From: Eledone cirrhosa | Taxonomy: Eukaryota | Direction of reading: 5' to 3' | DNA: 64,000 bases | Assembly: GCA_964016885.1 (NCBI GenBank) | Contig: OZ024742.1 | Location: forward strand, 170,996,001-171,060,000 | Shown here: piece after piece, positions 47,100 to 61,677 of the stretch | Layout: every line of letters starts with the position of its first letter | Numbering within the stretch: the stretch's first letter is position 1 | Notes under the pieces: model-generated | What the model saw: only the letters and a program-made list of their open reading frames with translations | What the model was told of the DNA's origin: nothing | Databases searched by the model: none | Made by a program: the position numbers and the translations under genes

Positions 47100-47940
47100 C
47101 CAATAGAGAGAGAGTCAGTTTCTAACATAAATACAAGACTCTCTTATCGGAATTTTCACAACATCAACTAGGTAGACATGTCTGCATGTCTGTATGTATG
47201 CATGTGTGTGCAGGTATGGGTGTTATTGTATGTGTGGAGGTGTATATTCTTTGTATCTGTACATGTGTTCATGGAGTTCTTAGATGCAGCATTTTAGGAA
47301 TTTTTTGCTTATTTTTACTGTTCCATTAATGGATTGTACTTGTAATTTCCTAACTAGTTGTGTTCTTTCTGTTTCTGTAAAGCCCAGCTTCTCAAGATTC
47401 GTATTGAGGTAGTAACCAACATATCCCAGTGCCCCAATAATCACAGGTATAAATCTGAAGGTATAGTCAGGGTAGAGTATCTGCAGATTTCTCATTAGTT
47501 CTGCATAGATATTCTCCTTTTTTCTAATCTTAGATATTATATTGGCATCCGCTGGGGAGCTAACCTCCTCCCTGGTCTGCTATGTTTGCATTTTATTGGG
47601 GTTTTTACTGGAACATTCCACTAGTACTCTTTCATATTATGTATGTATATATGTCTCTTCCACATTGCTGTAGTTTTTAATGTGTATATTATCGGGGTTC
47701 TCTTTTCTACAGATTGCATTATACAGTGTTTTGGCCACTACATCATGCCTCATAACTAGATAGTACCGCGATGGCATCTTTGGACAGCTGCTTGTGGCAT
47801 GGGTGATATCTTCGATGTTATTTCTGCAGAGTCTGCATTTGTTGTCACATCTAGGTGCGTTGCCTGCATCCCTATATCTTTTGTGAATCAGGTATTTTGT
47901 GTTGATTTCTTGTTCTTGGAATGCAAAAGCATATCCTTCA
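47100..47940 (-). mobile_element. Degenerate 3' part of an RLE-type (R4-like) LINE beside (TACA)n
   Basis: EGYAFAFQEQEINTKY..CRLC..EDITHATSSC..RHDVVAK and FIPVIIGALGY..SINGTVKI. 5' end abuts (CATA)n at 47942. 3' boundary approximate. Confidence 0.8.
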
Positions 47941-48199
47941 AATGTATGTATGTATGTATGCATGTACATATATATGTATATATGTATGTGTGTATGTATG
48001 TATGTATGTATATGTATGTACGTATGTGTGTATGTATGTGTGTGTGTGCGCGTGTGTACAAACAGAATATTCAATAGAATTTGAGAAAATGTTAATAGAA
48101 TCAGATGCTTTGAATACCAATTACCATATTTTTCTCTGAAATAGCATCATTTTTTTTCTATACAATAATATTTGTTTCGAGACCATCTTTCCTGATAAA

Positions 48200-48470
48200 A
48201 CAGGAGTCAGCCACGCAAGCCACACGAGAGCTTCTTCATTTTACGCTATTACCCGCATCCCCCCTTACTAATTTTCATTTCTTTCTCTTCCATCATATAA
48301 AATCACGTGGTCTTCTCATTCCTCTACATCTTTCCACATTCATTTCCATGACTTATCTCTCCTCAGTCATATTCATCCTTCCTCAACACATGACGCAACC
48401 GTCTCATTTTATTTCTCCTTACAATATGCATCACTGGTTCTATTCACAACACTCCTCTCACGCAGTCAAT
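48200..48470 (-). pseudogene. Degenerate RTE 3' fragment
   Basis: IEPVMHIVRRNKMRRLRHVLRKDE resembles the RTE R.RW.GHV.R motif. Confidence 0.5.
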
Positions 48471-48648
48471 TCTACACACACACATACATACACACATACA
48501 CATACACACAAACACACATATACACACACAGACACATATATATATGTGTCTGTGTGTGTATGTGTGTGTTTGTGCATATATATATCTATATATATCTATA
48601 TATATCTATATCAGGCATTATCAAATATAAAATAAATATATGTATTAT

Positions 48649-48938
<290 letters not shown>

Positions 48939-48951
48939 TATACATATATAA

Positions 48952-49018
<67 letters not shown>

Positions 49019-49069
49019 ATTTTGATTTATTTTGAAAAATTAGTTGAATTTTACTTGTTCTGCTTATCT

Positions 49070-49125
<56 letters not shown>

Positions 49126-49586
49126 TTATATATATATATATATATATATGTATTCACACACACACATATCTCTATATCAATAATTATCATTATCAAATAT
49201 AAAATAAATATATGTATTTATGCGTTTGTATCTGTGTGTGCATATGTGTGAAATATATAATCTGTGGTTTGATAAATGGCAACTTGAAAATCCTATCTTA
49301 CAGAACAAGACACCATCACATACGTAGATTACAGGAAACTGTAGTAGAGTTTGATAGAAAGGTGAAGGTGAGGGATGGGACACAGGGGATGACATGGTCA
49401 GATAGTGACAAAGAGAGAGGATGAGACTAAGGGTGGCGTAAAGAGAAAAGGATAAGAGGGATAGAGCGAGAGAGAGAGAGAGAGAGAGGAGGGGGGGGGG
49501 GTGATGGTAGGGGCGTGTGGAGATAGAGCTTTGACCTTTGGGAGTATTGTCACATATGGCAGTAATTAACCTACTCAGAAGGTATG

Positions 49587-49618
<32 letters not shown>

Positions 49619-49689
49619 TTCGGGCTGTTTGTTGGTTTACTAACAAACAAACCGAGCATTATAATAGATGTTCGGTAAACCGATACGTG

Positions 49690-50601
<912 letters not shown>

Positions 50602-50926
50602 AAGTCTTCAGTCGTCTCATTAACGAGTTTCATTTAGTCTGCTGGAGTTAACTAAACACCAGAGATACTCATTAACATGAAGATAACCATCTAATGTTTA
50701 TAAAGCTAACTTCTAAGCAATAACGGAGCAGTTTATGATTTAATTAGGTTGAAATATAAACCTAGAACATCTGTATGATGAAGGTGTGTGGCTAATTGGT
50801 TAGGGTGACTCATGATTGTAAGGTAGTTAGTTCGATTTCCTGTGGCACATTGAATGTCCTTGAGCAACTAACTTTATTTCATCTTGTTCCATTCCACTCC
50901 GCGGGCAAGATAAATGTGTTTTAAAT

Positions 50927-51146
50927 CAGACATGTGAAACCGAGGTTCCCCCGAGGGCCACATAGGTCACATATGTGTTGTCTGAAGGCCGCACACGACA
51001 TCTAATTGCGCACATTACAACTAATATTTTTTTATTTTATATTACGAAAATAAAACATGCTCGCGCTTTAAAAACCTTTGTGCGGGCGGCAGGTGTGTTT
51101 GTAAAGGGCTGCATATGGCCCGCGGGCCACATCTTTGACATGCCTG
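50927..51146. mobile_element. hAT/Charlie-like MITE inserted in an old tRNA-derived SINE (~50780-51290)
   Basis: Imperfect TIRs cagacatgtgaaac and ctttgacatgcctg, with subterminal ggcccgcgggcc. No clear TSD. Confidence 0.55.
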
Positions 51147-51375
51147 TTGTATAGGTTATTCAAAGGACAGTTTTGGCACTTACTGAATCTCACAGAGATC
51201 TATGTTAAGGCTGTACGTGTCTCTGCAATGTTCAGTCATTTGCACGTTAATATCATGCAATGTCGAACTATTGATAGCTTGTGGTCAGAGATGTCATTGT
51301 GAAAAGATGGCGTGGGAACATTGCACTGGGCAAAAAGAGAGGTTGGGGAGGATTAGTGGAGGCAGGGTAGAGGAT

Positions 51376-51429
<54 letters not shown>

Positions 51430-51593
51430 TTTACTGGCAAGAAGTTAGATAATAGTTGTTTTCGTGGTGCTTTCTGACCTCAACCATTTTGTTAGCAAAA
51501 TACTACCGCTGCAAGAATATAATTACTCTTTTCATACAACACCTCTCCAAAGTACAGTTTATTTCATTTGTGGATACGAGGAATGTCTTGCAA

Positions 51594-51698
51594 AGACACT
51601 TGGGCATGTACCCCCCACACACACACAATAGACACCTGGGCATGTACCCACACACACACACACACAATAGACACCTGGGCATGTACCCCCACACACAA
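51594..51698. repeat. ~35-39-bp tandem repeat, 3 copies
   Basis: agacac(c/t)tgggcatgtaccc(ca)n-caat. Confidence 0.85.
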
Positions 51699-52193
51699 TC
51701 AGATGACCCTCCTTCACAAAGAATTGATGTAAATATAGAGATTGAAAGCCACATATGATGATAATATGCCTAAGGTTACCTTCGGTCATGATAGATCATG
51801 GGTTTGCTCCTGGAAAATTCTTCTCCAAAGTGCAAACCTGGGTGAGGTGTTTTTGTGGAAGATAAGCAGTCTCACATGCATGCTAGTCTCAGCATTCCAT
51901 GTCATTAATGTTGTCCAAAGAAAAGGCAAAGGCTAATACAGCTTTGCACCATTGTCGTCACAGCTTATATATACACTAACGTACACTATATACACTATAT
52001 ATAGATACATACACACAGACACACACATATATATATATATGCATATGTGTGTCATACATACCTTAAATAGATATGCTATATAGGAAGTTATCCAAGAGAG
52101 CAGCAAAGTCAAACACAGCTTGGCGCCAGTGTCATTGCAACGCCTAAAGACACTATATATACTCACTGGACACACACACACTATATATATACA

Positions 52194-52246
<53 letters not shown>

Positions 52247-52343
52247 AAAAGTTATGAAACGAAAGGAGCTGTGTGGTTACTAAAAACAAGGTTTAGGATG
52301 GTGGTTAGGACGGAACATGAGGAGTATATATATATATATATGT

Positions 52344-52410
<67 letters not shown>

Positions 52411-52613
52411 TATATATATAAACATTATAAATAATGCTGTTCACGAGAAAAGCAATACAGCTTGGCAAATCAGATTTCCAGCTGAATGGATTGCAACAGG
52501 ACAACAGGTTTCGACACAGTTTTTGCCTACCAAATCTCCCCCTCTCCCCCAGTCACTCTATCTTTTATTACATTTTTCTTTCTTTCCCACTTTCTGTTTA
52601 CCATTCATTATTT

Positions 52614-53187
52614 GGCAGTGGATTGGCAGTATTGGTAGAGGTCGGACGCCATATTTGACATATAGAGTTACGACCCTTGCCATTCTGAGTTCAAATCCCG
52701 CCGAGGTTAACTTTGCCTTTCATCCTTACAGGTTCGATAAAATAAAGTACCAGTAATGCACTGGGTATTTGCTGGCCTTGTGCCAAACGCAGAAACAATT
52801 ATTTGGCAGTATCGGTAGAGGGTTGGACGCCATGCTTTGATGCATAGAGTTACGGCCCTTGCCATTCTGAGTTCAAATCCCGCCTAGGTTAACTTTGCCT
52901 TTCATCCTTACGGGGTCGATAAAATAAAGTACCAGTAATGCACTGTTATAATTGCTGGCCTTGTGCCCAAAGTAGAAACAATTATTTTTTCTTACATTTG
53001 GGCGGTAGATTGGCAGTATCAGTAGAGGTTCTGACGCCATGCTTTCCAGCATAGTTACGTCCCTTTACGATCTGAGTTCAAATCCCGCCGAGGTTGACTT
53101 TGCCTTTCATCCTTACGGGGTCGATAAAATAAAGTACCAGTAATGCACTGGGTAATTGCTGGCCTTGTGCCTAAAGTAGAAACAATT
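52614..53187 (+). mobile_element. Three tandem tRNA-derived SINEs (Nin/Deu-like domain, octopus OK/OR-like)
   Basis: A box TGGCAGTAT(C/T)GG, B box GTTCAAATCC, then tttcatccttacggggtcgataaaataaagtaccagt. The third copy has TSD aattattttttcttacatttgg. Confidence 0.85.
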
Positions 53188-54322
53188 ATTTTTTCTTACA
53201 TTTGGCAACGTCGCTTCCCTTTAATTCCTCCATTTGTGAAATAACGAAAAAAAATCTCAGGAATTGATATTTGTATGTATGTTTATGTGAGCGTATATCT
53301 ATGTGTAGTGTGTGATGATACAATCACACACATATCTACATGTGTTTATATATATATATATATATATATATATGCATATATACGAATAGAAAGGATAAAT
53401 AAATTAATAGGGAGATAGGCGCACTAGAAAGATAGAGAAATAGATAGGTAGAGAGGTAGATAGATAGAAAATTAGATAGATTAGTAAAGAGCTATAGATA
53501 CATGGGCAGATGGGTAGATAGAAAGGTGGGTTGGTAGATATAGAGCTGGATAGATAAAAAGATAGACAGATAGATATATCAATTGGTATGTAGATAAATA
53601 TACAGACAAACAAAGAGCCAGATAGATAGGCAGATACCTAGATGTATACTTGAAAAAATTCCAAAAATTCCCCAAATTCCAAAAATCCAATTTGTAACTG
53701 TTTTATATTTTTGTATATTTTGCTAATAAAACGTTACATTAATATTGCCAAAGTATCTATGTAATTACATTGAAATAATTAATTGCTTCAAATACAGAAC
53801 ATCAACATTGTTTTGTTATTAATCAAAGGAGAATATTGACCCTTTCAACAAAAGAAATGATTTTTGAGAATTGCAGAGGGAACTGAATTTTTACTCTAGA
53901 TATATCTCATTATATAATCTGGTCGATACAATAAAGTACCAGTAATACACTGGGATAATTGCTGGCCTTGTGCCAAAAGTAGAAACAATTATATAATCTG
54001 GGAAGAATTGGGGAGAGCTGATCCAAAGATTCTGAACCTCACACAGTAGATGATAAAATAACACAGTGGACGGAGGGTGGATGTACTAGTACATCTGTCC
54101 AACCCAGGCAAGCACGGAAAAAGGGGTAAGAATTCTGAAACTGAAATGAAGGATAAAATTTATCTAGTTTACTATGTAATGTAGTTATGCCAGTGCCACA
54201 AAAAATGCAGTCAGCCAACACTGTAAGATGCTAATTCTAGTGCCACGGTAAAAGACACCAATCCCACTGTAAAGCAGTAAGCTGGTGCTGTGATAAAATG
54301 CAGCCAACATAAGCTATATAAT

Positions 54323-54510
54323 TGTTTCTACTTTTGGCACAAGGCCAGCAATTACCCAGTACATTACTGGTACTTTATTTTATCGACCCCGTAAGGATGA
54401 AAGGCAAAGTTAACCTCGGCGGGATTTCAACTCAGTCCGTAAAGGGACGTAACTCTATGCTAGAAAGCATGGCGTCCGACCCTCTACTGATACTGCCAAT
54501 CCACTGCCCT
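54323..54510 (-). mobile_element. Full-length SINE of the same family
   Basis: 16-bp TSD acataagctatataat at 54307 and 54511. Confidence 0.85.
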
Positions 54511-55318
54511 ACATAAGCTATATAATGGTAGTGCGATTGCCATGATAAAATGCGCACAACCCACTCTATAAAGTGGCAGTGCTGGTACTATGGCACAGAA
54601 TCCACTTGGTAATGTGATGGTGCTGGTATCATGATAACATTCAAATAAATCAATCTGTAGCGTTGTAGTTCTGGTGACATAATAACATGTACACATGTAA
54701 CGACGTGGTTGATGTTAGAAACGGCTTCAAGCTTTAGCGACCATGGCAAACTGGAACATACGTGCAATATGTGGTCATCTGACATGTCTAATTTCAGAAG
54801 GTGACAGCCTGTTCATCCCATGCCAGTATTGAAAATGGATATACAATGGTTATGGCGATGATGATGGTGATACACCCTATACACACATACCTCTTCAATC
54901 ATGAATCTTTTAATTAAGAAGATTCATTATTAATAATATAGGTTTACTTTGCCAGTTTTAGAGTGTTGGTAATCTTAGTGAATTTCATGACCAATTAAGA
55001 AAACCCTTTCCCCTCCTCAATCATCATCCTCTTTGCTGCTACTGCTACTGCTACTGCTGCTACTGCTGCCAATGATGTTGTTGTGTTGTTATTGTTGTTG
55101 TAATTGTGGATTAAAATGAGGTAAGCTGCTATATCCCATAGAGAATAACATGATATCTTGAATATCTGTGAGATTACAAACCTCTATGTGAGTTCGCTTA
55201 TTACAACTCATAATTGCAGCTATAGTATTGCTGCATAGAAATACGAGATCGGTCATGTGAAGTGAAATGTTAGCAATATTAGCCACTTCAGAGACATATC
55301 ATTAACATCAACTATATC

Positions 55319-55349
<31 letters not shown>

Positions 55350-55350
55350 A

Positions 55351-58180
55351 ATCGTCAACAACCGATGGTGGGCATCTCTCAAAAGAGAGATTAGAACAGA
55401 ATCAATAAGTTATAGCAAGATGTTAGCTGCCAATAGGAATAGAAACGAGAAAGAATTAACAGGTAAATTAGAAGAGGCAATCAAGAGCGAAGATGTGGCC
55501 AGAGTGCTGGCATCGAGGACGGCCTTGAACCAGTTTTTCGATGCAAAGCATGAAGGCTGCGTCATTCGAAGTAAAATACGTGCTCTAGGTAATGAGGGGG
55601 CCAAAGCCGTTGGATGGGCCCGCGTGACAGAAGCTAAAAGTGGAAATCGATCCACCATCCGGTCGTTGCAAGACGAAGATGGACGAGTGATCCGGGAGCC
55701 TAAGCAGATGTGCGAGGCCTTTCAAAAGCACTTTGCCCGATTGTTCGGGGGAGGCGGGGGTCCGGGCCGGGGCGTGGATTTCGGTCCATACCTCGACGGC
55801 CTGCCGCGTCTCTCGAACAAAGAGGCGGAGTCCTGCGAGGGACCAATCTCGGCTGATGAGATCGGAGATGCGCTGAGCCAATGCAGCAGACGCAAATCTC
55901 CAGGTCTCGATGGTATACCTTACGAACTTTATTTAGCAATGCCGGTCTTCTTCTCCGAACTCCTCGAAGCGGTCTACTGCAATTGGCAGCAGAACGGGAG
56001 AATTCCTTGTTCTGTAGCCAAGGGCGTAGTCACGCTGGTGAGGAAGGACGAGAACAAGGGGGATAGTATAAATAATTTTCGGCCCATAACCCTGCTAAAC
56101 ACAGAGTTAAAGATTTTGGCCAAGGTGTTAGCAAAGAGGTTGGCGCTTGTCGTGGGTGGCCTGGTGGGAGATGCGCAGACATGTGCTATCCCATCCAGGT
56201 CCATTCACGATAACCTCCACCTCATGCGATACATCATAGAGAGGGTTGGCAACAAACCCGGCTTCGGTGGGGCCCTGATCAACTTGGATCAGTCTAAGGC
56301 CTTCGATAGGGTCGACCATGGTTACCTGGATGCGGTGCTAGCGGCGGCTGGGTTCGGTCCTGTTTTCAGAGGCTGGATCACTGCCCTACATAGCAACCAC
56401 ATCTGTTCTAGGATCAAGGTGAACGGCTACCTTTCGAAGCCGTTCGAAATCACACGATCCATTCGACAGGGGTGCCCTCTCTCCTCCCTTCTGTACGTAT
56501 TGACTCTCGAGCCTTTACTGAGGAAGTTGGAGTTGTTGCAGGGTATCCCCCTGGAACCAGGATTGAGCAAAGCGGTGTCGGCCTACGCCGATGACGTAAC
56601 AGTAATGGTATCAACCGACTCGGAGATCGAGGCGATCGGTACCTTACTGGAGGAGTACGAAAGGTTGTCAGGAGCGAAACTGAACCGGGAAAAATCCATC
56701 GGGCTGCAACTCGGAACGTGGAGAGGCAGACCGATGCCTCCCGATGGTGTCGTCGGACACTGGACGGAGGGCCCGGTAAAGTTGCTTGGGGTCTGGTTTG
56801 GACCGGACCTCCAGGTGGAAAAGAACTGGAACGAGGTTACGAACAAGGTGTTTGCACTAACCCAGAAATGGGCCAAGTGTAAGCTGTCCCTAAAAGGCCG
56901 GGCGGAGGTGGCGAACATTTACATAGCGTCCGTCACTTACTACCGCCTGACTGTCGTGCCTTGCCCTAAGGAAACACTCACCACCATGGAACGCATGCTC
57001 TTCCAATTTCTTTGGAAGAAGCGTCCTCCTATGGTGAGAAGATCCATCTGCTGCCAACAACCTTCGAAAGGAGGGCTGGGGATGCCGTGGTTGATGATGC
57101 GTAGGCACGCATTAAGGCTACGGCACCTACAGGTATTCCTCACTGGTCAACCGGTGTGGGCTCCGTTCGTGAAACGAGCCTTTCCGAGACTCGTCTCACT
57201 CACCGAGCTACAGTCCTGGGTCAAGCAAAGATCCGGAAAACTGGGAGACTGGCACACTGAGTGTGCTCAGGCGCTCAGGGCTCTCTGGCAAGCGGGCCGG
57301 GCCATCGGTGGAGAATCCACCTCATCATTCTATAGAGGGCTGGTGGCTAGCAGGGGCGATGACACCCTTGGAGAGTCGCTGGACATGGAAGAAGACGAAC
57401 TGGCCAGCCTGTTCGGTAGGACTTTCGGCCCAGGACCAATGGACAACTTCCAGAAGTCACTGGCCTGGCAGTGCTACCGAGGGGCTCTACCCGTTCGAGA
57501 GAGGCTCTACAGACACGGGCGCCCGGGCAGGGATCCCTCAAAAAAGATTTGCCCTAGATGCGTGCGTCACGAAGAAACCGTGGCGCACGCATTGGTGCAA
57601 TGTCCGGGCGTGGCTGATCTGTGGGGCTACGCCGAACAACTGCTGTCGCGGGTGGCGCCGATTAAATTGACAGCCGAGTCCGTGATGACAATCAAACCGC
57701 CTCCCCTCTTCACAAAGGAAGCAAAGGCGGTTTTTCTGTGCGTAATAGCCATGTTGAAAGAGGTTGTTTGGTGGACACGATTGAAAGGTCTGAGGTCAGG
57801 CAACTTCCTCTCTGGCCATAGTCTGGTCTACTTCTTCCGATATCACTTCGGAAGAAGGATAAGAATGGAGAGAGAGGTGCTTGGCCACAGGCAGTTTTAT
57901 GAAAGGTGGGTGATAGTGGCGAGAATGGCTCGTGTAAATGGGCCTTCTCTGTATACCATCCTGTAGGTAAAGAAGTAAAGGAGAGGGGGGCACCTTCTCC
58001 ATGTGCTCCCCGGGCAAAGGATTGCACACTTTTTCGGGGGTGTGTGCAACCCCCATCACGTCCCCTCCCTTTTGAGGTTATTTTCGATTATTTTCATGTT
58101 ACACCCTTTTTACTCGATTATATGTAAACTCCCCCTTTGTATTTGTCCCTTCTTTTTATGCCTTTATGGTAAATAAAGAA
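55351..58180 (+). mobile_element. 5'-truncated Tx1/L1-clade LINE with uninterrupted ORF2 remainder (RT and C-terminal Cys/His finger) in (TATC)n
   Basis: Frame open from 55351 (WWASLKREIR) to stop 57966. Motifs KSPGLDG, NFRPITLLN, LDQSKAFDRV, IRQGCPLS, AYADD, GGLG, CPRC..ETVAHALVQC. 3' end AATAAAGAA then (ATCT)n. GC-rich relative to flanks. Confidence 0.92.
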
Positions 58181-58262
<82 letters not shown>

Positions 58263-58352
58263 AATCTATTATCTATTTATCTATCTATCTATCTATCTAT
58301 TATCTATCTATCAATCTATCTATCTATCAATTTATTATCTATTTATCTATCT

Positions 58353-58495
<143 letters not shown>

Positions 58496-58583
58496 GTGAT
58501 AACATTTTACACGTTTTTATTGTATGTAAACTTCTCCCTTTGTATTTGTCCCCTTCTTTTGTGCCCCTGTGGCTAATAAAGAA

Positions 58584-58652
<69 letters not shown>

Positions 58653-58882
58653 GTAGTATGTCTGAGGAGAAGGGTTGCACACTTTTTTCGGGGGTGTGTG
58701 CGACCCCCCAAGGCGCCTCCTCTCTATTGAGGATTTTGTTAAAAATTTTATTTTTTGTTATATCTTATTTTATTTTTATATTTTGTTATTGCCTCCTCCT
58801 TATTGAGGACGCCTTTTTGTGTAAACTCCCCCCTTTGTACTTGTCCCACTTTTGATGCCCTAGTGGCAAATAAAAGAAATAT
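58496..58882 (+). mobile_element. Two further diverged Tx1 3'-UTR fragments (58496-58583, 58652-58882) in the same (TATC)n array
   Basis: Both repeat tgtaaact(t)c(t)ccctttgta..ttgtcc..aataaa(a)gaa from 58123-58180. Each is followed by atct repeats. Confidence 0.8.
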
Positions 58883-58987
58883 ATCTATCTAGTAGTATGT
58901 CTCTCAGTCTGACTGTCTCTGTGCCTCTATCTAAATATCTTTCCCACTTCACCCCCACCCCCGCCATATATATATATAAACAAACAA

Positions 58988-59024
<37 letters not shown>

Positions 59025-59413
59025 CATAGAAACACGTGTACGGCACAATCTTGATTCAATTATATTTCCTAAGAAATGATTTGTTAAGTAGAGGTTAAGG
59101 GTAATTTAAGTCAATTAAAAGTTGTGTCTGGGTATGTAGAGATATCAGGAAATTTCATCTCTCCCTCTCTCTCTTTCTTTCTCCTCCTCTCGCGCCTTCT
59201 CTCCCTTCTCTCTCTCAATAATAATCCGTTGAAAGACATGTTGTATCTATCCATCCACACTTCCACACACACATATATATACATATATATATACATCCTT
59301 ATGTATATATACACATATACAATATGTATATATATATATTTATATGTGTATATTTACATACATATATATTTATATATACATATATGTAATATATGTATAT
59401 ATATATATATGTG

Positions 59414-59486
<73 letters not shown>

Positions 59487-59622
59487 CGATGGAGATGTGG
59501 TAAGGAACCAGATGGACTATAACGCACCAGAGTACACAATACTTAGGGTAGTAGAGTGGGTAATAGGAAAATGTTTAATCCCGGCGGCATTATATATATA
59601 CATATATCTAAATATACATATA

Positions 59623-59671
<49 letters not shown>

Positions 59672-59679
59672 GTTATTCT

Positions 59680-59847
59680 GGGTTGAATCGGAGGTAACCA
59701 CAGTAAGTAAGGTACTCAATACATAGCAGAGTATAACATTTTTAATATAGATGAGATTCTACAGGACTAGAACTGTTTCATTCTTTAGAAATCATCAGGA
59801 TTCCTGATGATTTCTAAAGAATGAAACAGTTCTAGTCCTGTAGAATC

Positions 59848-59853
<6 letters not shown>
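59680..59853. mobile_element. Small PLE-like palindrome with opposed CTGATGA-tttctaaagaat-GAAAC cores
   Basis: Arms 59748-59799 and 59803-59853. A related single copy lies at ~6950-7090. Confidence 0.6.
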
Positions 59854-59904
<51 letters not shown>

Positions 59905-59905
<1 letters not shown>

Positions 59906-60922
59906 GTAGGAGGTGAGTTTTATTGTAGCACAATAAAGCAATGCAAATATCGGATAAGTAGCACTCTACAGTTTGTAGGACTGGAGTATAAATAATATAA
60001 GATCAAAAGGTGGTTAAAAGAGTTCCAAATATTTTATTATGCGCATTTCAAAAACAAATATTATCATGGGATGATATCTGCGTTTTCATCAGGTAAAATA
60101 GGGATACATGATATGAAGCTTAAAAAACACTTGTGAATAGTGAAGTTTTAAATCAACATATGAAAAATAATTTAAGATTGATACATGAGATTGGGAAAAA
60201 GTGAGGGGGGGGGGTAAGGAAGAGGAGGAGATGAGAGTAAAGAATGCTGGGGGAGGAGTATAAGAAGGAAGGATGAGAGAAGAGGAGAGATGGGTGATAG
60301 AGAGAGAGAGATAGCCTTTACAACTGAGAAAAAAATATATATTGTCTCACAGAGAGAAGTTAAAAAGCCGTAATAATAATACATATTAATAATTTCTTTT
60401 CCACGCACATATTATTAAACCCTTCAATATACAAACCTTAATTTAATATTATTCTTAATCCCTTTTTCTCTTCATGCATAAACCTCATCAACTTTTAATT
60501 TCAAATTTTTTAAAATTATCTATTATCCTCCAACGGCTTTTTAACTTCTCTCTGGCAGACAATATATATTTTTTTCTCAGTTGTAAAGGCTATCTCTCTC
60601 TCTCTACCACACATCTCTCCTCCTCTCTCATCCTTCCTTCTTAGACTCCTCCCCCGCCATTCTTTACTCTCATCTCCTCCTCTTCCTTACCTTTTCTAAC
60701 CCCCCCCCCCTCACTTTTTCCCAATCTCATACATCAATCTTAAATTATTTTTCATATGTTGATTTAAAACTTCACTATTGACAAGTGTTTTTTAAGCTTC
60801 ATATCATGTATCCCTATTTTATCTGATGAAAACGCAGATATCATCCCATGATGATATTTGTTTTTGAAATGCGCATAATAAAATACTTGGAACTCTTTTA
60901 ACCATCTTTTGATCTTATATTA
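59905..60922. mobile_element. Family D PLE inverted repeat with hammerheads at 60030-60100 (-) and 60815-60886 (+)
   Basis: Arms ~59993-60370 and ~60533-60922. The spacer on the minus strand gives degenerate REKGIKNNIK..NNMCVEKKLLM, which resembles the PLE EN tail. Confidence 0.75.
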
Positions 60923-61422
60923 TATATATAAATATATATGCGCGCGTGTGTGTGTATGCGTGTATATACATTTATATGTGTGTGTATGTAAATGTACACG
61001 TGTTTGTGTGTTGATACAGTAAATTCTTTTATCAATTTATCATTCTTTTACTGATTTTAGTCACTGGATTCAAGGGAGTTAATCAGTCGTATGGACCCCA
61101 TTACTTAATTTTTAAAGTGGTGTAATTATTTCATACATCTCTTTCATGTAGACTTGCTCAGTTACATGATATAATCAAATAGTAAACGTAAACACACACG
61201 CATATGTGAAGTTGTTGATGAACTGACCGAGAGACCATAGTATAGAGAGATCCCGCTGGACTACTCGAAGATTGTTTCATCTTGTTGAAGTTTTGGTGCC
61301 GGAAGCAATGCACTGTAAAGTGGTTGGCATTTGAAGACGGATGTTATAGGGTAGAGTTTGACCAAGTTCATGACATACTCTCTACTGCTGGTGTCATAAT
61401 AATAAAATAATAATAATAATAA

Positions 61423-61637
61423 TGGTTTCTTATATAGGCACAAGGCCAGCAATTGGGGGGGGGGAGAGAATAGTCGATTAAAACGACCTCAGTGCGTGAC
61501 TGATACTTTATTTTATCGACCCCGTAAGGATGAAAGGCAAAGTTAACCCCGCGTCAGGATTTGAACTCAGATCATAAAGGGCTGTAACTCTACGCTGCAA
61601 AGCATGGCGTCCAACCCTCTACCGATACTGCCAATCC

Positions 61638-61639
<2 letters not shown>
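61423..61639 (-). mobile_element. SINE copy, long subfamily, in the (TAA)n upstream of Dong copy 2
   Basis: Family motifs. Confidence 0.8.

Positions 61640-61675
<36 letters not shown>

Positions 61676-61677
<2 letters not shown>

Noticed and set aside
52614-53187. tRNA genes
   Set aside because: The A/B boxes belong to SINE heads and there is no cloverleaf.
55410-58127. Short overlapping ORFs within the Tx1 element
   Set aside because: Shadow ORFs of GC-rich coding sequence.
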